DNA from: Rickettsia typhi
GTDB lineage: Bacteria > Pseudomonadota > Alphaproteobacteria > Rickettsiales > Deianiraeaceae
Assembly: GCA_945881985.1 (NCBI GenBank)
Contig: CAMCVL010000003.1
Location: forward strand, 64,421 to 128,420
Length of the DNA stretch: 64,000 bases
Direction of reading: 5' to 3'
Shown piece after piece: positions 10,340-18,698 of the stretch (position 1 is its first letter; each line of letters opens with the position of its first letter). The notes beneath the pieces are model-generated. The model was not told the origin of the DNA. It saw only the letters and a list, made by a program, of their open reading frames with translations, and did no database searches. The position numbers were made by a program, and so were the translations under genes.

Positions 10340-11368
10340 ATGAAAAAATCTTATTTTTTTATAGCAATTCCATTTATTTTGCTTGGATTTGCCATATATT
10401 TTGTCTCGCAGATTGCAAAGTTTGCAGGCACTGGCATTTATCACTCCAAGTGCTTTGATGTAACAAAGATTCAAAACATAGTTGCAAATAGCGATGAGGA
10501 TGTATCTAAATCCTGTATATTTTTGGTTGAGAAGGGTCATGGCATTAACACAATCCTTGCAAAACTCAAAAAGCAAGGCTACAAAATTAAGCTTGGCATC
10601 GCGCCAAAGATTTATTTAAAATTAAAATTTCAAGGTAAGCAACTCAATTACGGCGAGTATTTAATTACAAGGCGAGACACAATTTTATCTTTTTTACACA
10701 AGGTTCACAAGGGTAAAGGTGTGGTTAGATATATAACATTTGTTGAGGGCGAAACGGCATCCACTTATCAAGCTCAAATCAATAAGGCTTACGGGCTTGC
10801 AGGCGAGCTTACAACTGATATACCAGAGGGCTATGCCATGCCAAACACTTACAACTACATATACGGCGAAACAAAAAACGCCATTGCCGCACGCATTATT
10901 AAGTCCATGCACGATTACATAGATACACTTGAAGGCAAAATAAAGCAAAGCGACTACTTAAAAAACAAGGAGGAGCTGATAATAATGGCATCTATTATAG
11001 AAAAGGAGGCCGCAAACGAAGCTGAAAAGCCAATTATTGCTTCTGTATTTAAAAATCGTATTTTAAAGGGAATGAAGCTGCAAACCGATCCAAGCGTTAT
11101 ATACGAAGTAACAAGAGGTAAATACAAGCTTGACCGCAGATTGACAAAGGCAGATTTACTAAACGGAAATACTTATAACACTTATAAAATTAAAGGTTTG
11201 CCAGCTGGACCAATTGCAAATCCGTCAAAAAGCTCAATAGATGCTGCCCTAAACCCAGCTAATACAGACTTTTTGTTTTTTGTTCTTAAGCCATCACTTG
11301 GCCTGCATGTATTTTCTAAAGATTACAGACAGCACCAGCAAAATGCAAAAGAATATCAGGCAAGCTAA
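10340..11368 (+). CDS. mltG: Endolytic murein transglycosylase MltG (YceG family)
   Basis: N-terminal TM helix, LQTDPSVIYEV and YNTYKIKGLPAGPIANPS. Confidence 0.85.
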   Translation: MKKSYFFIAIPFILLGFAIYFVSQIAKFAGTGIYHSKCFDVTKIQNIVANSDEDVSKSCIFLVEKGHGINTILAKLKKQGYKIKLGIAPKIYLKLKFQGKQLNYGEYLITRRDTILSFLHKVHKGKGVVRYITFVEGETASTYQAQINKAYGLAGELTTDIPEGYAMPNTYNYIYGETKNAIAARIIKSMHDYIDTLEGKIKQSDYLKNKEELIIMASIIEKEAANEAEKPIIASVFKNRILKGMKLQTDPSVIYEVTRGKYKLDRRLTKADLLNGNTYNTYKIKGLPAGPIANPSKSSIDAALNPANTDFLFFVLKPSLGLHVFSKDYRQHQQNAKEYQAS

Positions 11369-11518
11369 ATCAAGCTTTAGTCCTGATTTATTAAAAAGTC
11401 TACAAAATTAGCAATACTCTTAACGGCTTTAAGTTAAACAATCAATCTATTTTTTAATATATTGATGCAAAGTTAGTTTGTAAAAATATGACTCCCAACT
11501 AATTAATATCCCTTGATA

Positions 11519-13615
11519 CTAAACCCCTCTTTCTTGATCTTTGTTGATATCCTTGAAAAAAGCCGCAACATCACCAATGCCCAAAGATTTTTTAGAATCT
11601 TCTTCTGTTTCATCGCTACTAATAGCTTTTTGTATTGCTTCTATTGCTTTTTTGGCAGCTTGCTTACTTTCGGTCTCTTTTTGTAATGCAAGAGCATTTT
11701 CTTTGGCAAGCTCTTCTTGCTGTGCTTTTTTTAAAATAGCATCCAATTCAGCTTTTTTTATATCTTTTATTTGCTGCCCTTCTTCATTAGCTTTTTTAGC
11801 AAGGATTTCTGCAGTCTTTGCCCTTTTGACCCCAGATTCCTTTGATACAGTATCAATCAATTTATCATTTTGCTTAATAATATCATCTGCGATACTTGGT
11901 TCCTTACTTGGTTCATTTAGACTTTTTTTTTTAATTATAGCTCCGTCCAGATGCTCTTTATTAAGACTTGGGGTTTTAAATCCAAATTCATTCTTGTTTT
12001 TTAGACTTAATTGACTGCTAGAATATTGGTCGCGAGAGCCTCTATCTTTTGTATTTTTTAGGAATGGGTCGCTTGCAATGATTTTTTCAAAAGCTGGTAA
12101 GCCTTTAAAAATCTCTTTGTATTTTTGCGGTAAGTTACGCGCTATTGCGGCGGCAACTTGCCCCCCTCTTTCCATGATGAGTAGCAAGTCGGATGGTTTT
12201 AAAGACAACGCCATTGCAGCAGCTCGCTCCTCGCTTATTATCTTTAAAACTACTGGCGCTCTGCCTTTAAGTTGTGCTTTTTTTTGCATAGTTGCAAAAT
12301 AAGCTTCCAGTTTGTCGTAATCTAGGCTTTTTAAGCATTTTTTAAAAATGTCCTTGTTGCTACTTTTGTCACCTTTGTAAATTTTATTTAGTAATTTAAA
12401 AAGGGCTGCAAGTTTTGCCTTTTCGTTTGTAACGCTGTTAACAATGTTTGCAATTACATCCTGTGGCAAGATTGCAAAAAGGCTGGCTAAAGCCTCAGCA
12501 GATATTGACTCGTCGTTTAACAAATCAATTAACATATCAACATCAAGACTTGCTATTGCCTCTATCAAGTCTTGGGGGTTTGTACTTTGCATTGCTTGAT
12601 TTAATGCCGCAAGCATTTGATCTCTCTGACCTGCTTCGTAGCCCATCTTAAAGTCAAACAAGATTTTTTGCTCCTCGCTACTTAAACTTGATGATTGACT
12701 TGATTGCATGGCTTGATTTTGTGGCTTAACCATTGCTTTTTCCTGCGATTTACTTGCAAATACAATGCCAAGTCCGGCATATCTACATTTTAAAACTATG
12801 TATTCTATTGGGCTAATTAAGTCGTGATTGACTATGCCAGAATCGGTTTTGCAGTTTCTTATCAAATAATCCAAAACAACAAAAGCAAGCTGGGGGCTTT
12901 GTTCGTCTAGATAGGATCTTGAATTGTCAAATGGCTTTGTTCTTGTTTTAAAGCCCCTTAACATAAAATGTTTAATGTGCTTGTAAAAAAGCTCAATTCC
13001 TAGGGTGTTTGTGATATTTAAAAACTCAATATCTTTAATGGCAATACTTAAAGCCTTAAGCACAACGCCAGAAACAGCAATGTCCGCAGCCGAAGCAATA
13101 ATTTTAAGGTCATTTTGAATATCCTTTTTACCAAAACAAATGTTGTCAAGTTTAACAATTAATCCGCATGCTCCAGTGCCGTGGTAGTCTTTGATAATTT
13201 TAGCGGATAGACTTTGGGCAATAAGCTCCTCACCCTTGTCTTTTAGCAAATTTAAAATGCTAACGCAAGCATTTGCCCCACCATTTATTGCTGATGAAAT
13301 CACAAGGTCAATCTCATCTTGTATTCGTTTGTTGGCGGCGTTAATTTTATCTTGTTCTAAGCGTTTTTTTACCGCCTCCATAATTGCATTTGAGCCATTT
13401 GTTGTAGGCTCTGTATCTGATTTAGTATATGTAATGCTGCTTTTATTATTGTTATTTAAGTTAGAATCTCTGGTGTCTTTTAGTTTTTGTAAGTGGCTTT
13501 TAGTATTTTTTGTAAAATCTACCACATTGTGCTGCTCGCTTTTTAAAGCCAAGGAATTTACAAAGCTATTAGCCGATTTAGATTGAGCTGTGTTTTTTTG
13601 TGAAAAAAGTGTCAT
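11519..13615 (-). CDS. Large hypothetical protein (~698 aa): helical-repeat core plus Lys/Glu-rich coiled-coil tail
   Basis: Long uninterrupted ORF directly downstream of the pilin-like gene. No signal peptide or TM segment. Central repeats resemble MgtE-N/FliG-type helices (ISAEALASLFAILPQDVIANIV; ISEERAAAMALSLKPSDLLLIMERGGQVAAAIARNLP). ATG 13615 preferred; the ORF-track TTG 13642 would overlap the upstream stop. Confidence 0.6.
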   Translation of the reverse strand: MTLFSQKNTAQSKSANSFVNSLALKSEQHNVVDFTKNTKSHLQKLKDTRDSNLNNNNKSSITYTKSDTEPTTNGSNAIMEAVKKRLEQDKINAANKRIQDEIDLVISSAINGGANACVSILNLLKDKGEELIAQSLSAKIIKDYHGTGACGLIVKLDNICFGKKDIQNDLKIIASAADIAVSGVVLKALSIAIKDIEFLNITNTLGIELFYKHIKHFMLRGFKTRTKPFDNSRSYLDEQSPQLAFVVLDYLIRNCKTDSGIVNHDLISPIEYIVLKCRYAGLGIVFASKSQEKAMVKPQNQAMQSSQSSSLSSEEQKILFDFKMGYEAGQRDQMLAALNQAMQSTNPQDLIEAIASLDVDMLIDLLNDESISAEALASLFAILPQDVIANIVNSVTNEKAKLAALFKLLNKIYKGDKSSNKDIFKKCLKSLDYDKLEAYFATMQKKAQLKGRAPVVLKIISEERAAAMALSLKPSDLLLIMERGGQVAAAIARNLPQKYKEIFKGLPAFEKIIASDPFLKNTKDRGSRDQYSSSQLSLKNKNEFGFKTPSLNKEHLDGAIIKKKSLNEPSKEPSIADDIIKQNDKLIDTVSKESGVKRAKTAEILAKKANEEGQQIKDIKKAELDAILKKAQQEELAKENALALQKETESKQAAKKAIEAIQKAISSDETEEDSKKSLGIGDVAAFFKDINKDQERGV

Positions 13616-13631
13616 TTTGATATTTTTAATA

Positions 13632-14561
13632 TTACAAATCAAATTTTACGCCCATTACAACATCGCCATTATCGAAGTCTTGACAGGATGTAAGTGAGGC
13701 ACAATGCTTGATGTCTCCGCTGCTACGCAGACCATCATCTATTTTGTAGTCTATTTTACTTGCAATTTCTTTTGATATCACAAATTCTGCAGGTAGTTTA
13801 AATTGTGTATTTAGTGCCAAGGGCGATAGGGAGTCAAATTTTTGATGCAATGTGTTTTGGCTAAAATTACCAAGCCCAGTAATTAAAAATGTATGAGTTT
13901 TGCCGCTTGAATATTGATTTTTAAATCCAATTGAGGCGTCAATACCGCTTGTATCCGTGCTTGCAATGTATATTGGCAAGATGATTGTATTTTTAAATTT
14001 TGTTGGTATTGTGTTATTTTCGTTTAATGATTGATTGTCGTAAGATGAGGCAAAGCCAAAATCATCCAATCCGCCAAATAGCCACAGCTGGCGTGCAAAC
14101 AGTGCGGACTCGTTATATCCAGAGCTAAATGTTAAAACTCCAGAGCTTACACTACTACCAGTGCCAGAGCAAATAGGCACATTACCGCAGGTTGCATCGC
14201 CACATGTTATGCTTAGTTGGCGAGAGTTCCAAGATATAACACCATCTCCATTGCCACACTCAGTTAAGTTAAATCTGGCACCGCCCTTGTAGTCTGCCAT
14301 TGATGCGTTCAGCATGTCGCCTGGCATGTAGTTGTTGATGGCATAAAAAAGTCTTGTGGAATTTTTAATTTTTGTAATTTGTGTTACAAGGTTATTTACC
14401 TGCTGCTTTTTAAGGTAACCAAAGCCACTAAAGGTGCCAGTGGTTAAAAGCCCCATCACGGTTATACTAACTGCTATTTCTACTATTGAAAATCCTTTGT
14501 GCCTTAACTTTGCAACCTTAGATGCGGATATCGTTTTGTAAAAATTTAATAGGGTTTTCAT
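13632..14561 (-). CDS. Prepilin-type (class III signal peptide) protein, type IV pilin/pseudopilin-like, Cys-rich globular domain
   Basis: Leader ..AKLRHKG followed by FSIVEIAVSITVMGLLTT: Gly-1/Phe+1/Glu+5 plus a hydrophobic helix, which is the prepilin peptidase cleavage/methylation motif. Confidence 0.7.
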   Translation of the reverse strand: MKTLLNFYKTISASKVAKLRHKGFSIVEIAVSITVMGLLTTGTFSGFGYLKKQQVNNLVTQITKIKNSTRLFYAINNYMPGDMLNASMADYKGGARFNLTECGNGDGVISWNSRQLSITCGDATCGNVPICSGTGSSVSSGVLTFSSGYNESALFARQLWLFGGLDDFGFASSYDNQSLNENNTIPTKFKNTIILPIYIASTDTSGIDASIGFKNQYSSGKTHTFLITGLGNFSQNTLHQKFDSLSPLALNTQFKLPAEFVISKEIASKIDYKIDDGLRSSGDIKHCASLTSCQDFDNGDVVMGVKFDL

Positions 14562-14914
14562 AAAAACAGCAACATTGGTTCAAGCTAAATCAATCTTGCG
14601 TAATTAACAAAACGCAAAATAGGCTTGGCGTAAAACATAATTTATTTCTATCCAATTTACAATTAAGACTATACAAAATTTATAATTAAAATTTACATTT
14701 AAAACCTCTGGAGCTTTGGATTTTAAGGAGTTTTTAAATCTAAATATTAAAAATAAACACACAGATATAATCAATTTACAATTGAATTTAATGTTAGTTA
14801 TTATACATTGTTTTTGTATCTGTGTCAACACTCTTGTGATATTTGTGGTTAAGTATAGTGTTTAAAGAATGCCAAAACCCATTTTTAAGCATTCTTATAG
14901 TAAAACATTACTCC

Positions 14915-15200
14915 TCCCTTTTGGTATTGCCCAAACCCTAGGCGGCAAAGCCGCTAGGGGGCGAGGGCTGGGGCAAAGCATACCAGAGAGTGGGATTTTG
15001 TGAGGAGTTTACACGAAAGGGCAAGAGAGTTTGTAATTGCAATACCCCACCCAGCCTCCCCTTAAAGGGGAGGAGTTTTTGTTAGGCATCCTTAAAGGGG
15101 AGGGGTTTTTGTGCAAATCAAACCTCCTCCAGTAATGGAGGGGGGCTAGGCTTTAGCCTAGCAGGTGGGGTTGTTATAGCATTGCTGAAGAGCAATACCA
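14915..15200. repeat. Cluster of GC-rich palindromic (REP-like) elements in an otherwise AT-rich intergenic region
   Basis: Hairpins CCCTAGGCGGC-AAA-GCCGCTAGGG (14936-14959), CCTCCCCTT-A-AAGGGGAGG (15054-15075), GCTAGGCT-TT-AGCCTAGC (15145-15162) and ATTGCT-GAAG-AGCAAT. Tandem CCTTAAAGGGGAGG(A/G)GTTTTTGT x2. Related cores occur at 54100-54240. Confidence 0.6.
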
Positions 15201-15220
15201 TCTTACATTCTAAAATGAAC

Positions 15221-15250
15221 TACAAAATAGGCTCTTGACTAATTAAGATA
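15221..15250 (+). repeat. IS1595-family element end motif, copy A (remnant)
   Basis: TACAAAATAGGCTCTTGACTAATTAAGATA matches copy B (38890-38920) and the reverse complement of copy C (49901-49930). Confidence 0.55.
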
Positions 15251-15283
15251 ATATTGTTATATTGACATATCTTTTACCACAAC

Positions 15284-16276
15284 CTACCGCCCCAAGGTTT
15301 TTTTGATTGCAGATTTGATTTTTGCAACCGTTGGTAGGCATTCTCTTTCAAGATTTTCGGCATATGGGAGAGGGACAAACTCCGCTGTTACTCTAAGGGG
15401 TTCGTGGTCTAGGTAGTCAAAGGCTTTTTCAACAACCTGAGTGTTAATCTCGCTACAAATACCGGCATAACCCCAGCCCTCTTCAACACTTACAATTCTG
15501 TTAGTTTTTTTGACAGATTCTACAACAGTATCAATATCAAGAGGCTGCAAGGTTCTAAGGTCAATTACCTCCACTGATATACCCTCCTCCTCAAGTTCTT
15601 TTGCAGCTTGTATAACAAACTTCATGATGTAGGAAAACCCCACTAAAGTGCAATCCTTACCCTCTTTAACAATCTTTGCCTTGCCAATTTCAACTGGCTC
15701 GTCAAAATCATCGCCAACTTCCTGAGTGTCACCGTATAAAAGCTCGTTTTCCAAAAAGATAACTGGGTTAGGGTCCTTTATTGCAGCTTTTAGTAAGGCT
15801 TTTGCATCCTTAGCGGTGTAAGGTGCAATAACCTTAAGCCCGGGGCAATGAGAGTACCACGAAGCATAGCACTGGGAGTGCTGTGCTGCAACTCTTGAAG
15901 CCGCACCATTTGGTCCTCTAAAAACTATTTGACACTGCACAAATCCGCCGGACATATAGTTTGTTTTAGCTGCAGAGTTGATAATGTGGTCTATGGCCTG
16001 CATTGCAAAGTTAAATGTCATAAACTCAACAATAGGTTTTAACCCCGTAAAAGCCGATCCCACGGCAAGCCCAGCAAAGCCATGCTCTGTAATGGGCGTG
16101 TCTATCACTCTTTTTGCACCAAATTCCTGCAATAAACCTTGAGTTACCTTGTAAGCACCTTGATACTCGGCAACCTCCTCGCCCATTACAAATACTTTTT
16201 CGTCAGCACGCATCTCCTCCGCCATTGCATCCCTTAGTGCGTCACGCACGGTTATTGTCTTTGTTTTTTCCGTCAT
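15284..16276 (-). CDS. pdhB: Pyruvate dehydrogenase E1 component beta subunit
   Basis: [15 protein letters not shown].., [17 protein letters not shown].., transketolase-like pyrimidine-binding and C-terminal domains. ATG 16276 (ORF track TTG 16288). Confidence 0.92.
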   Translation of the reverse strand: MTEKTKTITVRDALRDAMAEEMRADEKVFVMGEEVAEYQGAYKVTQGLLQEFGAKRVIDTPITEHGFAGLAVGSAFTGLKPIVEFMTFNFAMQAIDHIINSAAKTNYMSGGFVQCQIVFRGPNGAASRVAAQHSQCYASWYSHCPGLKVIAPYTAKDAKALLKAAIKDPNPVIFLENELLYGDTQEVGDDFDEPVEIGKAKIVKEGKDCTLVGFSYIMKFVIQAAKELEEEGISVEVIDLRTLQPLDIDTVVESVKKTNRIVSVEEGWGYAGICSEINTQVVEKAFDYLDHEPLRVTAEFVPLPYAENLERECLPTVAKIKSAIKKTLGR

Positions 16277-16511
16277 AAACGACTGCAAAAAATAATATAG
16301 TATTTATAAACAAAATTCTGTTAAAATTCTTTTGCAAAAAACAACAAATATCAAGCAAAATTATTATTTAGCAAAGACTTGATGTGTAAATTGACTGAAA
16401 TAAATTTTTAAAAATGTCAAATCTGCTTTAAATGAAGATTAAATAAATAGATGTCATTTAATGTTGCAACTGAACTTGGTATAGGCTAGGTGTTGCCGAT
16501 GAGCGATTTTG

Positions 16512-17339
16512 CTAATAATATTTAAATCTTTGTATGCCATCAAGTTTGATGTTAAAGACGGCTCTTTTGCCAAGGTCGCGGTCACGGGAATCTATGTAGT
16601 ACATTTTTGCGGTTAATAAATCTCTTTGTGGTTTAAGTAGTTTTGCAAAATAATAATCCAAAGCATTGCTATACATAGAGAAAAACACTTGAGTCTGCAA
16701 GGTGGTAAAACCATCTTTTGTCACGATTACATTAATATGAGGTGAGCGTTTGCGATAGTTGTAAAATTTTTTTTCTTCTTTAATTTTCTCCTCCTCGGCG
16801 CCATCTAATGCAATTTCGCTGTCTGTTTTTGCTATGTTTTTTGACAAAATCTTTGCCTTAGCGTCAAAAAATGCCTTAATCTCATCTGGTGTTTGGCTGT
16901 ATCCTGCTGGCATTATTGTGATGAACTGAAAACGCCCAAGGCTATCGGTTACAACACTACCGCTATCGTTGAAGTTTTTGTCGTTTAACGGATCTTCCTC
17001 TCTGCGATTAAACTGGTAAAACCCCCTAGAGTTTGTTTGCCAGATTTGCACCAAGGCACCTTCAATTGGGACATCGTTTATGTCAACAATTGTGCCCTCA
17101 AATACCAATGGCTCCCCTTCGGCAAAGTAGTAATTGCCAGTTTTGATAGATAGATTGTTCCCCTTTGCAAAATGTTTAGGAATCTCCTCGCCTTCAAATG
17201 ATACTGAAGGAGTAATTGTTGTCCTGTTGTAAAGGAGTCTTTCGGGTATCTCGGCAAAAGCTTTAAATGCAAAACAATAGATTGCCAATATTATTAAAGG
17301 CAAATTTAACATTTTATAGATTTTTTTAATTTTAACCAT
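16512..17339 (-). CDS. Secreted intradiol ring-cleavage dioxygenase-like protein (protocatechuate 3,4-dioxygenase beta-chain fold)
   Basis: Signal peptide MLNLPLIILAIYCFAFKAFA. GEPLVFEGTIVDINDVPIEGALVQIWQTNSRGFY, GRFQFITIMPAGY and RSPHINV align with PcaH-type motifs. Confidence 0.7.
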   Translation of the reverse strand: MVKIKKIYKMLNLPLIILAIYCFAFKAFAEIPERLLYNRTTITPSVSFEGEEIPKHFAKGNNLSIKTGNYYFAEGEPLVFEGTIVDINDVPIEGALVQIWQTNSRGFYQFNRREEDPLNDKNFNDSGSVVTDSLGRFQFITIMPAGYSQTPDEIKAFFDAKAKILSKNIAKTDSEIALDGAEEEKIKEEKKFYNYRKRSPHINVIVTKDGFTTLQTQVFFSMYSNALDYYFAKLLKPQRDLLTAKMYYIDSRDRDLGKRAVFNIKLDGIQRFKYY

Positions 17340-17354
17340 ATGGGGCTAGTAAAA

Positions 17355-18428
17355 TTATTGGTTATTTTCAACTATAAAAACATCGTAGTAGCCAGACCTA
17401 ATTGCCTTTAGCATAATATCGTTTGCTTGTTTTTGATTGTTAAATGGTCCAATTTTTACTCTATAAACCTTGTCATCCTTAATCTTTGCATCCTGTATGT
17501 ATATTTTACCCGAAATGGTAGATAGTTTGTCGGCAAAAGTATCTGCTTCGTCCCTTAGTGCAAAAGACCCAGCCTGAACCGAGTAAGATTTTGTAGATTT
17601 TTTCACTGATTTAGCTCGCTCAGAATCTAAGGTAGTATCACTGGCTTGTGCTTGGCTTGAAGGTAAAGATACCCTCTCAACCTCAACCTCTCTAACTACA
17701 GGCTTTGTAGTTTTTTGCCTGTCTTTATCTTTAAAGACATTAATGTCCTGATTGCCATCTGGATTAGATTCTTTGGTATTTGTTTGTTTTGTATCTTGAG
17801 TCATGTTATTTGGATTGGTGTACATTGCATTTCTGGGATTATTATTTTTAAACACATCCTTAGTTTTTGGGTTAATATTAAATTCTTCATTGTTTTTTGG
17901 CTGGGTAACTGGTTGTAAATCTTGTGTATTTTGCAATTTACCGTTGTTTATATCTTTATTTTGTATTGCTGGGTCAGTAATGTTGTTTGTTACTGTGGTG
18001 TTATCTTTTAAATCATTGTTGCCTTTTGTATCGCCAGCATTGGTGACGATACTGATGTCTTTTGATGTTTGGTCGGCATCCAAAAGGACGGCATCTCTCT
18101 TAAATTGCTGCTGCCCATCTTGGCTTTGCATGCGGCTTAAAATTACCTTGTTATAAACTGGTCTCGTTCGTTTTTTAATATTGTTTTTGGATACAAGCTC
18201 TGGCGCATTTTGCTCGCTGCCTGAATTGGTTGAAGGTGTAGGTTTGGATTTTGGCTCTTGCTCCTGATTTTTACCCAAGATATCTGCGGCTAATTTTTTA
18301 CGATATTCCATGTCGGCTTTAATTTGGTCGCATGAATTTATTAGCAAGAAACAAGCACACATCACAAAAGTTGTAAATGTGCCACTAAGATACTTTTTGC
18401 AAGCTTTTAAGCCCACCTCTATAAACAT
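17355..18428 (-). CDS. SPOR domain-containing protein (probable lipoprotein or membrane-anchored)
   Basis: C-terminal SPOR repeat YSVQAGSFALRDEADTFADKL...YRVKIGPFNNQKQANDIMLKAIRSGYYDVFIV, an N-terminal hydrophobic segment ending LLINSC, and a low-complexity N/Q/T/K linker. Confidence 0.75.
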   Translation of the reverse strand: MFIEVGLKACKKYLSGTFTTFVMCACFLLINSCDQIKADMEYRKKLAADILGKNQEQEPKSKPTPSTNSGSEQNAPELVSKNNIKKRTRPVYNKVILSRMQSQDGQQQFKRDAVLLDADQTSKDISIVTNAGDTKGNNDLKDNTTVTNNITDPAIQNKDINNGKLQNTQDLQPVTQPKNNEEFNINPKTKDVFKNNNPRNAMYTNPNNMTQDTKQTNTKESNPDGNQDINVFKDKDRQKTTKPVVREVEVERVSLPSSQAQASDTTLDSERAKSVKKSTKSYSVQAGSFALRDEADTFADKLSTISGKIYIQDAKIKDDKVYRVKIGPFNNQKQANDIMLKAIRSGYYDVFIVENNQ

Positions 18429-18698
18429 AAAATCAACAATAAGTAGCAACTACCTAAAGGCATAAAATGCCAATCTTTTTATAAAACAAAGCTATACAAT
18501 GTTAAACTTTATGTCAAGATTTTAATTAGCGGTGCCTAAGCTAATGTAAAATTCGTATTACAAAAGATATGTAAATATTTTGGATGTTAAAGATTGTTTA
18601 AAATGAAGGAGGGTCATATAATCTAATGTTAGATTTGGATTTAACATTGAAAAAACTTGTTCGTTGATGTGAAATTCAATACAAATTGTAATGTGGCA

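Noticed and set aside
11541-12014. Long antisense ORFs inside confident genes: 11541..12014, 13191..13586, 33792..34196, 44351..44743, 51103..51498, 57188..57601, 59201..59818, 23675..24055, 27459..27815 and similar
   Set aside because: Each is fully embedded opposite a gene with strong family motifs. Their low-complexity, F/L/S-rich composition is typical of shadow frames in AT-rich DNA.
14915-15200. GC-rich structured region as RNase P RNA, SRP RNA or 6S RNA
   Set aside because: It lacks the conserved RNase P P4 sequences (GAGGAAAGUCC / ACAGAA..) and the SRP domain IV GGAA/AGCA motif. It is made of short repeated palindromes that recur elsewhere, so a repeat family is the better explanation.
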